From assembly GCF_003334385.1 (NCBI RefSeq), contig NZ_QOWN01000040.1: a stretch of DNA of 38,787 bases; one strand, written 5' to 3'. This stretch comes from Escherichia coli. GTDB taxonomy: Bacteria > Pseudomonadota > Gammaproteobacteria > Enterobacterales > Enterobacteriaceae. The translations under genes were made by a program, and so were the position numbers. Below are positions 19,262 through 30,113 of this stretch, piece by piece. Under the pieces are notes generated by a model. The model saw nothing but the letters and a program-made list of their open reading frames with translations. It was not told where the DNA came from and searched no databases. Positions within the stretch are counted from its first letter, which is position 1, and every line of letters begins with the position of its first letter.

Positions 19262-22200
19262 ATGAATATCAACCGCATTATTTTTGCCATTGAAGACTGT
19301 ATCAGTACCCTGTCACGGTATTCCGTTTCCGCATTCTTCCCCGATTACTGTGATCTGCACACCGTCATCGGTCTGGACCAGCAGGACCGCGAACGCCGCC
19401 CCTGGCTGAAAGCCCCCTACATTGCCACCACAAAACAGGGGTATTACCTTTCCGTCTTTGAAATCAGCGGTGCCCTGAAAGAAATGGATGAAAACCCGGA
19501 CCAGACGGCCCCCGGGACACTGGAGTCACTGATTGCAGCACTGGCTGAGCGAATGAACACGGCCTGGAAAAATTCCGGCCACAAAATCAGTTTTGTTTTC
19601 GAACGCGATCCGGAGCGTGGAAGGGATGAAATCGAAGCCATGCTCTTACCCCAGCGAAAATCCATCGCACGCACGGGGATCCTGCTTCAGGACGTCCTGG
19701 ATGAAAAAGTCACCACACTCACCCCCTGGCTTGTCCGGGAGCGCTGCTGGCTGACCGTCTGGAGCTCTGAAGAACTGCTGAGCCGGACCGATCGCAAGGA
19801 CCATCAGACCCGTGTCAGGAAACTAGCTGAACACGCTCCGCCAGCCCGTTTTGCGCAGGATCCCTGGCGCTGGACACTTTCCGCCCTCAAAATACGGCAT
19901 GACGCCTTACTGGACACGCTGGAGCAGGCCCTGACACATGATTCTGATGGCCTGCTGATTCGCCTGATGGATATCCATGAAGTGGGACGGGAAATCCGCC
20001 GCCAGCTGGAGCGCAACAGTACACCGGCAGTATGGCAGCCTCATCTGCCTGAAGATGCCCGTCCTGCCGGCTGGCGACAGGGCGGGGATACCTCTGTATT
20101 CCACGCACCGGCGCTGAATCTGCAGTTATTCACCACACAGCCTGAAACACACGGCAGCCTGATTCAGGCCGGTGAGCTCTGGCACGGTATGGTCGCCATT
20201 ACCCTGCCCCCTCAGAATCTGCGGACATTCAACCAGCTGGTCAGGGATGTGCCCCGTGCAATCCCCTGGCGTATCCGGATGGATCTGATGCCCGACGGCA
20301 TGAAGGCGCTGGGGGTCAAGAAAACCCTGCTGACCTACAGCAGCTTTATTCCTCCTCTCCGGCCCATGTATGACTCGGTAATGATGCTGAATGACATCAA
20401 CAAGCATGATCCGGTCTGTATCATGACCATTGTTGCCACCACATGGGGAAACAGCCGGGAAGTCTGTACCCGTAACCAGGCTCTCCTGAAATCTGCGCTG
20501 GAAGGCTGGGGGGTATGCGGCACCACCACCACCTTCGGTGATCCGAGACGTGCCTGGGTGAACACGGTTCTGGCAGCCTCCCATAGCTCCGGCCCGATCC
20601 CCCTTTACCCGCCCCTTTCACACGCCCTTTCCCTGTTTCCCCTGAACAGGGCAGGCTCTGTCTGGCGGGGACAGGGAAATCTGATGATGCACACCGAAGA
20701 CGGCTCTGCATGGGAGGTGGCGCTGGCGTCATCACAACAGAACAAGCACACGGAGCTGACACCCGGCGCACCCGGTCTGGGCAAATCGGTACTCATCAAC
20801 GCACTGTCGGAGATCCAGATAGCCTCAGCCCAGAAGAATCTCCCTTTCATTGCCTATATCGACAAGGGATTCAGTGCACAGGGACTGGTACAGCTTATCC
20901 GTGACAGCCTGCCTGAGCAGAGAAAGGACGAAGCCGTGGGGATCATTCTGAGTAATGACCCGGACCACACCCGCAACCTGTTTGATGTGATGTACGGGGC
21001 CAGAAAACCCGTCACACCGGAAAAGAACTTCATGGTCTCCGTCCTCTGTGCATTGTGTGTGGATACCGGCACCGGTCAGCCCTGTAATCCCGGCGACACC
21101 CGGCAAATCATCAGCAGCCTGGTGGACCTGGCCTTCCGGGAATATGGCGAGAATAACCCCAGACTTTACCGCGCAGGTACGGAACCCCTGGTGGATCTCG
21201 CCCTGGAAGAGAGCGGCATCGCTGAACAACATGATGCCGGATGGTGGAATGCCGCCACCTGGTTTGAAATCAGGGACATGCTGCATATTGCAGGGAATAT
21301 CCCCGCCGCCCAGCGGGCACACTACCAGGCCATGCCCCTGCTGGCTGAAATGTCCGCCCTGCTGGGACAGCCGTCCATCCGGGATGTGTTCGGCACCGTT
21401 CAGCGTGATAACTCGGAAGAGCGGTTGCTGGACTACATCCGCCGTGCCCTCGATCAGGGACACAGTGACTACCCGATGATGTCCGGCTGTACCCGGTTTA
21501 TGCTCAGCCCCGACACCCGCGTGGTCGCCGTTGATCTGAACAATGTGGCCGGGGACAAGACACCTGCCGGACGTCTGCGCACCGGTATCATGTATCTGCT
21601 GGCCGGGCAGATCGCCGGCGGGGATTTTGTCCTGCCGCAGTATCAGGAGGAAATACGGAAAAATCTCGACCCACGCTACCATGAGGTGATTTTCCGCCGC
21701 ATTGAACAGCTTGATCAGGAGGTCAAGACCAAAGTCTATGACGAACTGCACAATGCAAAAGGGATCAACTTCATCTGGGAAGCCCTGGACACCCAGGAGC
21801 TGGAGCAGCGTAAGTTCGGGATACGCACGGTGCTGAGCACCCAGCTGCTGCAGCATTATCCTCCGGCCGTGCTCAAATCCGCCAACACCCTGTGGCTGCT
21901 GCGTTACCGCCCTGACGAAATTCCGTTCCTGCGGGATAACTTTGGCGTCCCGGAAGTCACCCTGCGGCGCTTCCTGAAAATGCCGGAAGGGGCCGCACCG
22001 GACGGCAGCGGTGTCCCGGTACTGGCTGTGTTCCGTGTAAAAAACGGCACGCTGGCCCGGATCCTGAAATTCACCCTCGGTCCACTGGAGCTGTGGGCAC
22101 TGAACTCCTCTCCTAAAGACAGCGCCCTGCGACGTGCGCTGACGCAGGAGGTGGGGTCACTGCGGGCACGCCAGATCCTGGCCGAACACTTTCCCCGGGG

Positions 22201-22306
22201 TTCAGCCACCTCACTGATAGAACACCGCGCCCGCACACATGACAGTGAAAACGTCATCCATGAGCTGGCCGCAGAACTCATCCGTAAGCAGGGATATAAC
22301 CTCTGA
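19262..22306 (+). CDS. traU: DotO/IcmB (VirB4-like) T4BSS ATPase
   Basis: About 1014 aa from the ATG at 19262; Walker A GAPGLGKS. Confidence 0.85.
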   Translation: MNINRIIFAIEDCISTLSRYSVSAFFPDYCDLHTVIGLDQQDRERRPWLKAPYIATTKQGYYLSVFEISGALKEMDENPDQTAPGTLESLIAALAERMNTAWKNSGHKISFVFERDPERGRDEIEAMLLPQRKSIARTGILLQDVLDEKVTTLTPWLVRERCWLTVWSSEELLSRTDRKDHQTRVRKLAEHAPPARFAQDPWRWTLSALKIRHDALLDTLEQALTHDSDGLLIRLMDIHEVGREIRRQLERNSTPAVWQPHLPEDARPAGWRQGGDTSVFHAPALNLQLFTTQPETHGSLIQAGELWHGMVAITLPPQNLRTFNQLVRDVPRAIPWRIRMDLMPDGMKALGVKKTLLTYSSFIPPLRPMYDSVMMLNDINKHDPVCIMTIVATTWGNSREVCTRNQALLKSALEGWGVCGTTTTFGDPRRAWVNTVLAASHSSGPIPLYPPLSHALSLFPLNRAGSVWRGQGNLMMHTEDGSAWEVALASSQQNKHTELTPGAPGLGKSVLINALSEIQIASAQKNLPFIAYIDKGFSAQGLVQLIRDSLPEQRKDEAVGIILSNDPDHTRNLFDVMYGARKPVTPEKNFMVSVLCALCVDTGTGQPCNPGDTRQIISSLVDLAFREYGENNPRLYRAGTEPLVDLALEESGIAEQHDAGWWNAATWFEIRDMLHIAGNIPAAQRAHYQAMPLLAEMSALLGQPSIRDVFGTVQRDNSEERLLDYIRRALDQGHSDYPMMSGCTRFMLSPDTRVVAVDLNNVAGDKTPAGRLRTGIMYLLAGQIAGGDFVLPQYQEEIRKNLDPRYHEVIFRRIEQLDQEVKTKVYDELHNAKGINFIWEALDTQELEQRKFGIRTVLSTQLLQHYPPAVLKSANTLWLLRYRPDEIPFLRDNFGVPEVTLRRFLKMPEGAAPDGSGVPVLAVFRVKNGTLARILKFTLGPLELWALNSSPKDSALRRALTQEVGSLRARQILAEHFPRGSATSLIEHRARTHDSENVIHELAAELIRKQGYNL

Positions 22307-22926
22307 TGTACAGCATTCATATCACCCCCCGCTGCCGGCGTCCTGCCCGGGGACAGGTCTTCCTGAAAACGCTGCGCGTGGACGGTGACAGTTTCAGCTT
22401 CACCCTGCCGTCCGCCTGCTTCACACTGCGACCGTCCCCCAATCCCCGGGTCATTTTTGCCAGTGACAGACGGGCTGACGGGGAGATGAGTGGTATTCGC
22501 CTGGCCCTGCCCGGAGAGACAGGCACGCTGATAACAACGGCCACCTGGCAGGTTAACGTGCCGGAGCGACCGCCTTTTGATATACAGCATGTCATTCACT
22601 GGCTTCTGCCCGCACCACTCACTGCGCTGATGTCTGACAACACCTGGCTGTGGCCGGATGTCCCCGGCACACCGGCACTCACAGCCGGAGACTGGCCGGT
22701 CATGGAAAGCGACACCCCGACACTGAAACGCGTGAAGCGTCGTACCTTCACGCTCATCGATAACCGTAACCGTCAGGGATGGATCACGCGCCGCTTCCAG
22801 TGTTTCCCGCTGGCTCCGCTGCCGGAATCACTCAGTCATCGCGTACCAGACATCCTGTATCCCCCGAAAACGGAGAAAAAAGAATGCAAAGACAATCTGC
22901 AACCACACTGCTTGCACTCCTTGTAG
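22306..22926 (+). CDS. Transfer protein (TraV position)
   Basis: 206 aa; ATGA overlap with the traU stop. Confidence 0.55.
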   Translation: MYSIHITPRCRRPARGQVFLKTLRVDGDSFSFTLPSACFTLRPSPNPRVIFASDRRADGEMSGIRLALPGETGTLITTATWQVNVPERPPFDIQHVIHWLLPAPLTALMSDNTWLWPDVPGTPALTAGDWPVMESDTPTLKRVKRRTFTLIDNRNRQGWITRRFQCFPLAPLPESLSHRVPDILYPPKTEKKECKDNLQPHCLHSL

Positions 22927-24089
22927 GCTGTGCGGTTATCCCTGCCACCCATGCCTACTCTGTGAATGTTGTGTCCAGTCAGCCCGTCACCCGACAGATC
23001 ATGCCGGAGCTGGCCACCATACAGGGCATCATGGAGGAAATGGTCCGTATGCAGACGGCCACCGGCACAGCCATCACCCAGAACTCAGAAAAACTGGCCA
23101 CCGTCATTGCCCAGGATGGGCAGGCCACCCGTCAGCAGATGATATTCAGTAATGAAACACACCGCCTCGAGGAGGCCAGGAAAAGCTTCAGCGTGCCGGA
23201 CTCCATCTGCAGTGAATCCGCGTCCGGCATTGCAGCAGAAAGCCGCCGGGCAGCAGCGTCTGCAGCGGCACGTCTGAGTCAGGGGGGAGGGGTCAGCAGT
23301 AAACCCATCCGGGAACGTCTCTCCCGGGCTGCGGACTCCCCGGTCCGCGAGGCGTATGACAGTGCCGGCATCCACGCCGGTTACTGCACGGAAGCGGAGT
23401 ATGCCCGCTTTGGCGGAACTGATGTCTGCCCTGCCGTGGGCGATCTGCCGGGCGGAGACAGCCAGGTGCGATCGCTCTATCAGGGCGCAGGCACAGCAGA
23501 TACCCCGGCCGCTCTCACCTGGGATCAGAAACAGATTGATGCCGCGACGGCTTATATGAAAAACACCGCCAGACCGTCAGCGGGTCGTGCCCCGGGGAAA
23601 GGAGAAGTGGGCACACAGACCGGGCGCACGTATGTGGGCCTGCAGAATGAATACAACGGCATCATCGATGCCGCCTCTCATCCGCAGCTGTCACTGATTG
23701 CTGACAGTACCCCTAATGAAGCCACCCGTGGGGCACTGACTGAAGCCCTGCAGTCACCGTCAGCTGCGGCATATTTTGACCGGACCGCATCATCAGAAGC
23801 CCGCACCCGTGGCCACATGAGCCAGCGGGAGTTTGAGGCCTTTGAAGCCGGCAGACGGTATGCCAACACCGACTGGCAGCAGGATCTGCAGGGCATGGAA
23901 GGCGATAACCTTCTCCGTGAGCTGCTGCGCACCACCGCCCTGCTGAACTGGCAGATGAACGATCTGAAAGAGCAGATTCGTCAGGGTAACGTTATCGCCG
24001 GGCAGCAACTTGCGCTGGCCGCACGGCAGTATTACGGACAGCGCCTTGGCGAACTGTCACAGGCCATGAGCCAGGGGAGCGTAAGATGA
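22884..24089 (+). CDS. traW: Periplasmic lipoprotein of the T4BSS
   Basis: 401 aa from the ATG at 22884 (GGAGAAAA ribosome-binding site); lipobox LLVGCAV. Confidence 0.65.
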   Translation: MQRQSATTLLALLVGCAVIPATHAYSVNVVSSQPVTRQIMPELATIQGIMEEMVRMQTATGTAITQNSEKLATVIAQDGQATRQQMIFSNETHRLEEARKSFSVPDSICSESASGIAAESRRAAASAAARLSQGGGVSSKPIRERLSRAADSPVREAYDSAGIHAGYCTEAEYARFGGTDVCPAVGDLPGGDSQVRSLYQGAGTADTPAALTWDQKQIDAATAYMKNTARPSAGRAPGKGEVGTQTGRTYVGLQNEYNGIIDAASHPQLSLIADSTPNEATRGALTEALQSPSAAAYFDRTASSEARTRGHMSQREFEAFEAGRRYANTDWQQDLQGMEGDNLLRELLRTTALLNWQMNDLKEQIRQGNVIAGQQLALAARQYYGQRLGELSQAMSQGSVR

Positions 24090-24655
24090 AAGACGACAAC
24101 AGCATCGACGAAAAAAAACCGGCCCCCCGTCTCCGCCGCATCGGTGATATAGGGATAAATCTGTTCGCACCACTGGCCGAAACCCGCTGGATGCTGCGCA
24201 GCTGCCGCCATATGCTGGACCAGCATAAAACGCGCCTGAAGCGCCTCATGCCCGACCGGCAACCGGAGAGTCCGGTCTGTATGACCTGGGAGGAAGCGGT
24301 CAGGGCCAGCGGACTGACGGTCGACGAACTGGACCGGCGTCTGCGACGTCGCAGGATGTTCTGGCGGACAGGATTCTGGCTGATGATGATACCGGTACTT
24401 CTGCTGTGTGGTATGGCCCTTGCGGCCACCGCACTGCCGGTCATCACCCTGATACGTATCCTGGTCTGCCTGTTACTGATGAGCACCATTGCAGCACTGT
24501 GTGCCTCAAAAGCCCTGATTGCGTCATACCGCCTCTGGCAGCTGAATGAACGTCGGGTCAGCGAGGACGAACAGGGCACATTCCCCGATTACCTGCAGGC
24601 CCGGCACGGCTGGAAACAGGCCACATGGCTGGCCATTACCCACCGGCAGTACTGA
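24086..24655 (+). CDS. Inner-membrane transfer protein (TraX position)
   Basis: 189 aa; two hydrophobic helices; coupled to traW. Confidence 0.55.
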   Translation: MKDDNSIDEKKPAPRLRRIGDIGINLFAPLAETRWMLRSCRHMLDQHKTRLKRLMPDRQPESPVCMTWEEAVRASGLTVDELDRRLRRRRMFWRTGFWLMMIPVLLLCGMALAATALPVITLIRILVCLLLMSTIAALCASKALIASYRLWQLNERRVSEDEQGTFPDYLQARHGWKQATWLAITHRQY

Positions 24656-24729
24656 CTGTCCGGTCTGCAATTTCTTTTCCTCATTCCGGGGGCTGATGCC
24701 CGGGCATCCCCTTCGGTTCCGGAGTTACC

Positions 24730-26895
24730 GTGAAAATCATACCCAGAGCACTGAGTGCAGGTCTGGCGCTGGCTGCCGTACCTGCACAGGCTTTCGTCAC
24801 CTATCAGGACATTGTGAGTGCCGCCACCAATCCGGATGACCTGTCGCGCCAGGCACTGGTCACCATTTTTGGTGATGTGGTCACAAATCCCCTGACAGCC
24901 AGCAGCAACACCATCATTGGCAACCTGTTCATGGTGTTTAACGCAATTATCGCCACGATGGGGATAGTCTGGTTTCTGTTTATTGGTATCCGTCATGCTG
25001 TCCGCACGGGACACCAGGGCAGTGTCTTTAACAACGGACGGGACGTCGTCGGCATACTCAGTGTCGTGAGTGGATTTTTGATGATTGTGCCCACCGCTTC
25101 CGGCTGGAGTCTGGCGCAACTGGTCATGCTGTGGGGCGCATCCATCATGGGCATCGGTTCCGCCAATATCATGGTTCAGACAGCGGCAGAAAACATTGCT
25201 GAAGGCTATTCAATGACCGTACAGCCAGTACATGTCTCCACCCGCACGGCAGCACGGGGAATTCTGGAGATGGAACTGTGCAAACACGCCATGAATACGG
25301 GCCTCAATGACTTTAACCGTACCGCACGTTCATCCACGCCGCCCATGAGCGAATCCTCACGGACAGAGAATGGCAGATATACCGTCACCGTCTCAAATGG
25401 CAGCGCCACCTGCGGGAGTGTGAGTCTCTCCGTGAAAGGAAACGGCAGTAACAAGCAGTCCGCGCTGGCCCATTTTTTCAATCCCTTCATTGAAACGGAA
25501 TATCAGGGGGTTCTGAGGGCACAGCGCTCCGCCATGGATACCATGCTCCGTGACCTGGACAGCGCGGCGCAGGAATTTGTGTCAGCGTACCGGACCCGGC
25601 GCGACACGGGTAACGGCAACCTGCCGGATATTGAAAGCCGTATTCAGAAGGCTGCCAACAGGTATGAAGAAACGGTGCAGAAGGCGTTGCCAACAGATAA
25701 CGCAGAAACTGAGCGCAGGGAGCAGCTGAAATCCTACCTGACCACCTACGGCTGGGTTGCCCTGGGCGCCTGGTACCAGACCTTTGCCACCGCCAACCAG
25801 CGACTGGCTGAACTGGCCGACCGTGCTCCTACAGTGAGTGGCGTCTCGTCACTGGGCGAAGCCGGGGATACGGAATTCCTGAAGGAAGTCAAGGGGGCTT
25901 ACCAGGCACAGCTACAGAACTCAGCGTATACTCCTGCACTGGGAACAACCACCTCTGCCAGTGAATACCACGCATCTAATACTCAAAATCCTCAATCAGC
26001 CCTGTTAGAGTTCATAGGGCCAGGGTTAACTCGATTTTCAAATAAAGTAGCAATCATACATTCAGGAACAGGAACAACGAGTCAGCAGGCAAATCCTCTG
26101 CTGAAGATGAAGGACATTGGTGATTACACCATGGTCACAACCGAAACCATCTGGGCGGGTTATACCACCGTCAGGGTGCTTTCTACTGCCGGCAGCAACT
26201 CCGTTTTTGGCCGACTGGTCAATGCCGTCAGCGGCTTATCTGATGCAGCAAAGGCTTTTCTGGAGGCCTCCGCACCACCACTCTACTTCCTGCTGTTTTT
26301 GCTGTTCTGTGCCGGTTTTTCGTTATCTATTTACCTGCCGTTTATCCCGTTTATCTTCTGGATGACCGGCATCGGCAACTGGATAGTCAGCGTACTGATT
26401 GGATGTGCTGCTGGCCCCCTGTGGGCCGCCACCCATCTGGGAACAAGTCAGGACCGGGGAAGCCGGGCCGCTTACGGTTACATCTACCTGATAGACAGCA
26501 TGATCAGACCGCTGCTGATGGTGTTCGGGTTCTTTTTTGCATCAGTCGCCATCGTGGCCGGCGGCACAATCCTGAATGCGCTGTATGCTGCTGCACTGAT
26601 GAATGTCCAGATAAACTCTGTGACGGGCGTGTTCAGCATGGCGGGATTTTTGATGATTTATGCCCGCGCCTGTACCACACTGGTTGCAGCCGTTTTTGCG
26701 CTTCAGGCTTATCTGCCTGACCATGTAATTAATTTTCTGGGCGGACGTGACGGTGTTAATATGTTGGGGAATATGGTTTCTTCAGTCAAAGATATTATTG
26801 CCGGAGGTAATACCAATATGCGCAGAACACCTGGCGTTCGTGAAGAAAAACTGAAAAATATTAATAGAGATGATAAAGACGGAATAAAACAATAA
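24730..26895 (+). CDS. traY: DotA-like polytopic inner-membrane T4BSS protein
   Basis: 721 aa; GTG start with GGAG ribosome-binding site; signal peptide then multiple transmembrane helices around a large periplasmic domain. Confidence 0.75.
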   Translation: MKIIPRALSAGLALAAVPAQAFVTYQDIVSAATNPDDLSRQALVTIFGDVVTNPLTASSNTIIGNLFMVFNAIIATMGIVWFLFIGIRHAVRTGHQGSVFNNGRDVVGILSVVSGFLMIVPTASGWSLAQLVMLWGASIMGIGSANIMVQTAAENIAEGYSMTVQPVHVSTRTAARGILEMELCKHAMNTGLNDFNRTARSSTPPMSESSRTENGRYTVTVSNGSATCGSVSLSVKGNGSNKQSALAHFFNPFIETEYQGVLRAQRSAMDTMLRDLDSAAQEFVSAYRTRRDTGNGNLPDIESRIQKAANRYEETVQKALPTDNAETERREQLKSYLTTYGWVALGAWYQTFATANQRLAELADRAPTVSGVSSLGEAGDTEFLKEVKGAYQAQLQNSAYTPALGTTTSASEYHASNTQNPQSALLEFIGPGLTRFSNKVAIIHSGTGTTSQQANPLLKMKDIGDYTMVTTETIWAGYTTVRVLSTAGSNSVFGRLVNAVSGLSDAAKAFLEASAPPLYFLLFLLFCAGFSLSIYLPFIPFIFWMTGIGNWIVSVLIGCAAGPLWAATHLGTSQDRGSRAAYGYIYLIDSMIRPLLMVFGFFFASVAIVAGGTILNALYAAALMNVQINSVTGVFSMAGFLMIYARACTTLVAAVFALQAYLPDHVINFLGGRDGVNMLGNMVSSVKDIIAGGNTNMRRTPGVREEKLKNINRDDKDGIKQ

Positions 26896-26935
26896 AATGA
26901 AAACATAGAAAAACCAATAAAACAGCATTGCCATA

Positions 26936-26969
26936 TTCACCTGAAGAGTTTAAAATATATTCAGGTGAA
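26936..26969. promoter_or_regulatory. Perfect 10-bp inverted repeat TTCACCTGAA-N14-TTCAGGTGAA upstream of excA (candidate operator)
   Basis: Read directly; ends 14 bp before the excA start codon. Confidence 0.4.
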
Positions 26970-26983
26970 TATGGAGGTTTATT

Positions 26984-27634
26984 ATGAACAAAACAAAAAG
27001 CAGATATCCTTCCTGGTGGGCATATTACCACTTGGCCCGCAACGCTTATTTCTTATTAGGAATACCGTGTTTACTTTTATACTCAGCCGCTTATACATCA
27101 GATTTATTAGATGATAATCTAAGACATTCAATAAGTCTTTTTATTCTGGCATATGGATGTTATTTTCTTCTTTTCATTCCTCCGCTCTGGTTATATCTGA
27201 GAACCAGAGCGAAGAAAAAGAAAGTCCAGCAGGTTGTTCAGCAGATAAAAGAAAGCAGTCCCTTTGCGCCGACCAGCGATTACGAGCAACTGTCATTCTC
27301 AAAGAGTTGTTATTTCGGGATCGACATTAAAAACGGCACCATGCTGTATGTGCGCATTTATCCGAACAATGTGATGGATGTGATTGGTCTGGATATTCAC
27401 AACTTTACCCGCACGGTTGCTGAAGACGGCAAGCTGGAAATCCACACTACATATGTGAGTCTGCCGATGATCCCACTGGAAATCTCCGGCATCTCATCAA
27501 GGACGCTGGCCAACACCATGCACACCATGGCTGCACGTGGATATGAGTACAAGGAACGTTTCCCGCAGATGATTCGGTATCGGGTTAAAGAATGGGAAAA
27601 AGTTGCCGGTGTGCCTGTTGCGGAAGTATTTTGA
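26984..27634 (+). CDS. excA: Entry (surface) exclusion protein ExcA-like
   Basis: 216 aa; GGAGG ribosome-binding site; N-terminal transmembrane helices; position directly after traY as in IncI1; AT-rich. Confidence 0.65.
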   Translation: MNKTKSRYPSWWAYYHLARNAYFLLGIPCLLLYSAAYTSDLLDDNLRHSISLFILAYGCYFLLFIPPLWLYLRTRAKKKKVQQVVQQIKESSPFAPTSDYEQLSFSKSCYFGIDIKNGTMLYVRIYPNNVMDVIGLDIHNFTRTVAEDGKLEIHTTYVSLPMIPLEISGISSRTLANTMHTMAARGYEYKERFPQMIRYRVKEWEKVAGVPVAEVF

Positions 27635-27665
27635 GGTAGCTATCAACTGTTAGACGATAATCCGT

Positions 27666-27697
27666 CAGCCGGTTTTCTCTGAACCGGCTTTTTCTTT
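27666..27697 (+). terminator. Rho-independent terminator after excA
   Basis: Stem AGCCGGTT / AACCGGCT, 7-nt loop, followed by TTTTTCTTTT. Confidence 0.7.
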
Positions 27698-27907
27698 TCA
27701 GGCAGAATGCCTGTCTGCCGTCTATCTCAGGACGCCGCATGGAGTCTCTATGTTTTCCCCACAAATTCTTAGCACTGTCTTGCCCACTGTAGACAAAATC
27801 AATACAATTCTGCATATCAGTTATCTATAAAAGATAACAATATCATTATAAATAATTATCATATCCACACACTCAAGGCAGTACCTAGAAAACATAAAGA
27901 TAAAATC

Positions 27908-29494
27908 ATGTCTGAATCCCGCAGCAATTTTCCAGCACGACATGGTACTCCATGGAATACTGAAGAGTTACAGCGTCTTCTCGTATCCATAGCGGAGGGC
28001 GTCTCGCTAAAAAAACTTACTCAAACACATCAACGATCGTCCGGGGGAATACGTGGAGCAATCAAACGCCTGCTTCCTTCTGAGTTTCTTGAGTTCAACG
28101 ATATAAACACGGTGAATGATCTCAGCAATTACTTCAACAAGATTCCTCGCCAAGAACACAATAGTATCATCAATAATTTAATATCATTGAGCACTGCAAA
28201 AACAATTGCTCATGATAAAGTTGAAATACAAAAGAATAGTTTTAAACAAAATACCCCACTCCCCCTCTGCCAACCCAATACAGATTTTAAAGATTATATA
28301 GCCGATGAACATGATGTCATTATGCTAATTCATTCTGCTATCGAAAGTTTATCTAATAAACGACATCAATATATTCTTCTAATGCGGCTCGGCACAGATG
28401 ATTCACCTCATTCTCTGGCAGATATTGCCGTCAAATTAGGAATTTCCCGTGAAAGGGTAAGACAACTTCAGGAACGAGCCCTTGGCTTACTAGCTGCTAA
28501 ATCTCGCTATGAAGGGACACCTGGAGCTTGCCTTAAAGCCCTTATTAACTCAATAGGTAATTCACCATATGATATAGCAGTATGGATTTATCGTATTGTT
28601 CATCGGGATTTCGTTACATCCTCTGACTTAGCCGCCAAATTCATTATTTTTACCGCAGGCATTCCTAAAGCAAGACGAGATGAAATAAAAAGTTCGCTCT
28701 CATTAATATCACAATTACAAAAGCAGAGGTTACGTGAACGAAGAGCAGAATTAGCACACGCTCGCGCTCAGGAAAGAGCCCGAATCAAGAAAGAAAGAGT
28801 TGAGTTCATATTCAGTAAATGGCTAGACAATACACATTGGCCAAAATATATCGCACCTCCTCCCCCCGTAGAACAGCTATGTTCACAGAGAGCGGTTAAT
28901 GATACTGACATATCTGGATTCTTTTACTCTCAAAAATTAGGTCGTACAGTCCAGTACGAATCAGGGCTTGAGTTTAAAATAATGAATCTATTAGAATGTT
29001 GCAATCAGGTTCTTTTCTATCAAGAACAACCATTTTCTATTCCATATTGTTTTAAAAACAAATCAAAAAAATACTATCCAGATTTACTCATTGCGACAGT
29101 TGATGGTCGGTGCCTACTTATGGAAGTGAAGCCAACAGACCGAATGACCTTGAGTCTCACGAGAATAAAAAGTAATGCAGGTCGCAAATGGGCACATACT
29201 CGAGGATGGGGATGGTTGGTCATTAGTGATAGGTTCTCGTTACGTCAGCTGGAAGAACATGCCATCTCAACAAACACATGGAAACTTATAGAGGCTGAAC
29301 TGAAAACATCAAGGATTTTAGCATGGCGTGAAATGATGGAGTTACGTACACGATACGAGATTCATCGTTTAGATCTTATTGCATATATCATTCAGTCTGG
29401 TGCTGAAGTGGATAACTTTTATCGAATTACCCCGAAAATATCTAATAATACATCTAACCAGAGACAACCAAATGAGAGCGACTGTCATAATTGA
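27908..29494 (+). CDS. Multidomain protein: Myb/SANT-like (GcrA-N-type) helix-turn-helix, sigma-70 region-4-like helix-turn-helix, C-terminal PD-(D/E)xK (TnsA-like) nuclease motif
   Basis: 528 aa; AT-rich. N-terminus GTPWNTEELQRLL...EGVSLKKL...RSSGGIRGAIKRL; middle LADIAVKLGISRERVRQLQERAL; C-terminus YYPDLLIATVDGRCLLMEVKP (PD...ExK). Confidence 0.65.
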   Translation: MSESRSNFPARHGTPWNTEELQRLLVSIAEGVSLKKLTQTHQRSSGGIRGAIKRLLPSEFLEFNDINTVNDLSNYFNKIPRQEHNSIINNLISLSTAKTIAHDKVEIQKNSFKQNTPLPLCQPNTDFKDYIADEHDVIMLIHSAIESLSNKRHQYILLMRLGTDDSPHSLADIAVKLGISRERVRQLQERALGLLAAKSRYEGTPGACLKALINSIGNSPYDIAVWIYRIVHRDFVTSSDLAAKFIIFTAGIPKARRDEIKSSLSLISQLQKQRLRERRAELAHARAQERARIKKERVEFIFSKWLDNTHWPKYIAPPPPVEQLCSQRAVNDTDISGFFYSQKLGRTVQYESGLEFKIMNLLECCNQVLFYQEQPFSIPYCFKNKSKKYYPDLLIATVDGRCLLMEVKPTDRMTLSLTRIKSNAGRKWAHTRGWGWLVISDRFSLRQLEEHAISTNTWKLIEAELKTSRILAWREMMELRTRYEIHRLDLIAYIIQSGAEVDNFYRITPKISNNTSNQRQPNESDCHN

Positions 29495-30113
29495 TGACGC
29501 ACAGGACGGAAAAAATAATAGCTGCCGGACAGCAGCAACCAGCAGTCGTCCGGTAAAAAAGACAAACAAGGCGCATTGAGGTCAGCCTTCGCAACAATCC
29601 GGCGGCAGATGTCCTGCCGCCGTGTTGCCCGTTAACGTTTAACTTCGTAGGCTAACGTTGCCACAAACACCGTATTTCCCTGCTCGATACGAAATCCGCA
29701 AAGCGAATCCCTCACCATCCAGACAAAACACAGTATCGTCACACAGACGACGATTAACATCATTAAAAACATTCGTTGTGGCATCGCAGCCCCTCCATTG
29801 CCTTTCGGCCGTCATCGGGCTACTATAATGTTGTCTAGGCATTACAGTGGGCCCTGGGTTGATTGATAAAAAAATCGCCTGGGGCTTTCTGCTACATGCC
29901 GTCCACAAAACGCTTTCGGCATACAGCCTCAAGCGCCCGCCGCTATTCTAATCGTTTTCCTGTCCGCCACAATCCTTTTCATGCCACCACGTATTTTGTG
30001 TCAGGGACAGAAATAAAGCCGGAAAGTGACTACGTGTGCACACATCTGTTTTCCGGGCTGCAGGCATCGTGTTATTTTCTGAAATGCAAAATAATAAAAA
30101 ACAAGGACACATC

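Noticed and set aside
29599..29622. Hairpin CGGCGGCAG-atgtc-CTGCCGCCG after the helix-turn-helix/nuclease gene as a terminator
   Set aside because: GC-rich stem present but no T-tract on either strand; kept only as a possible RNA structure.
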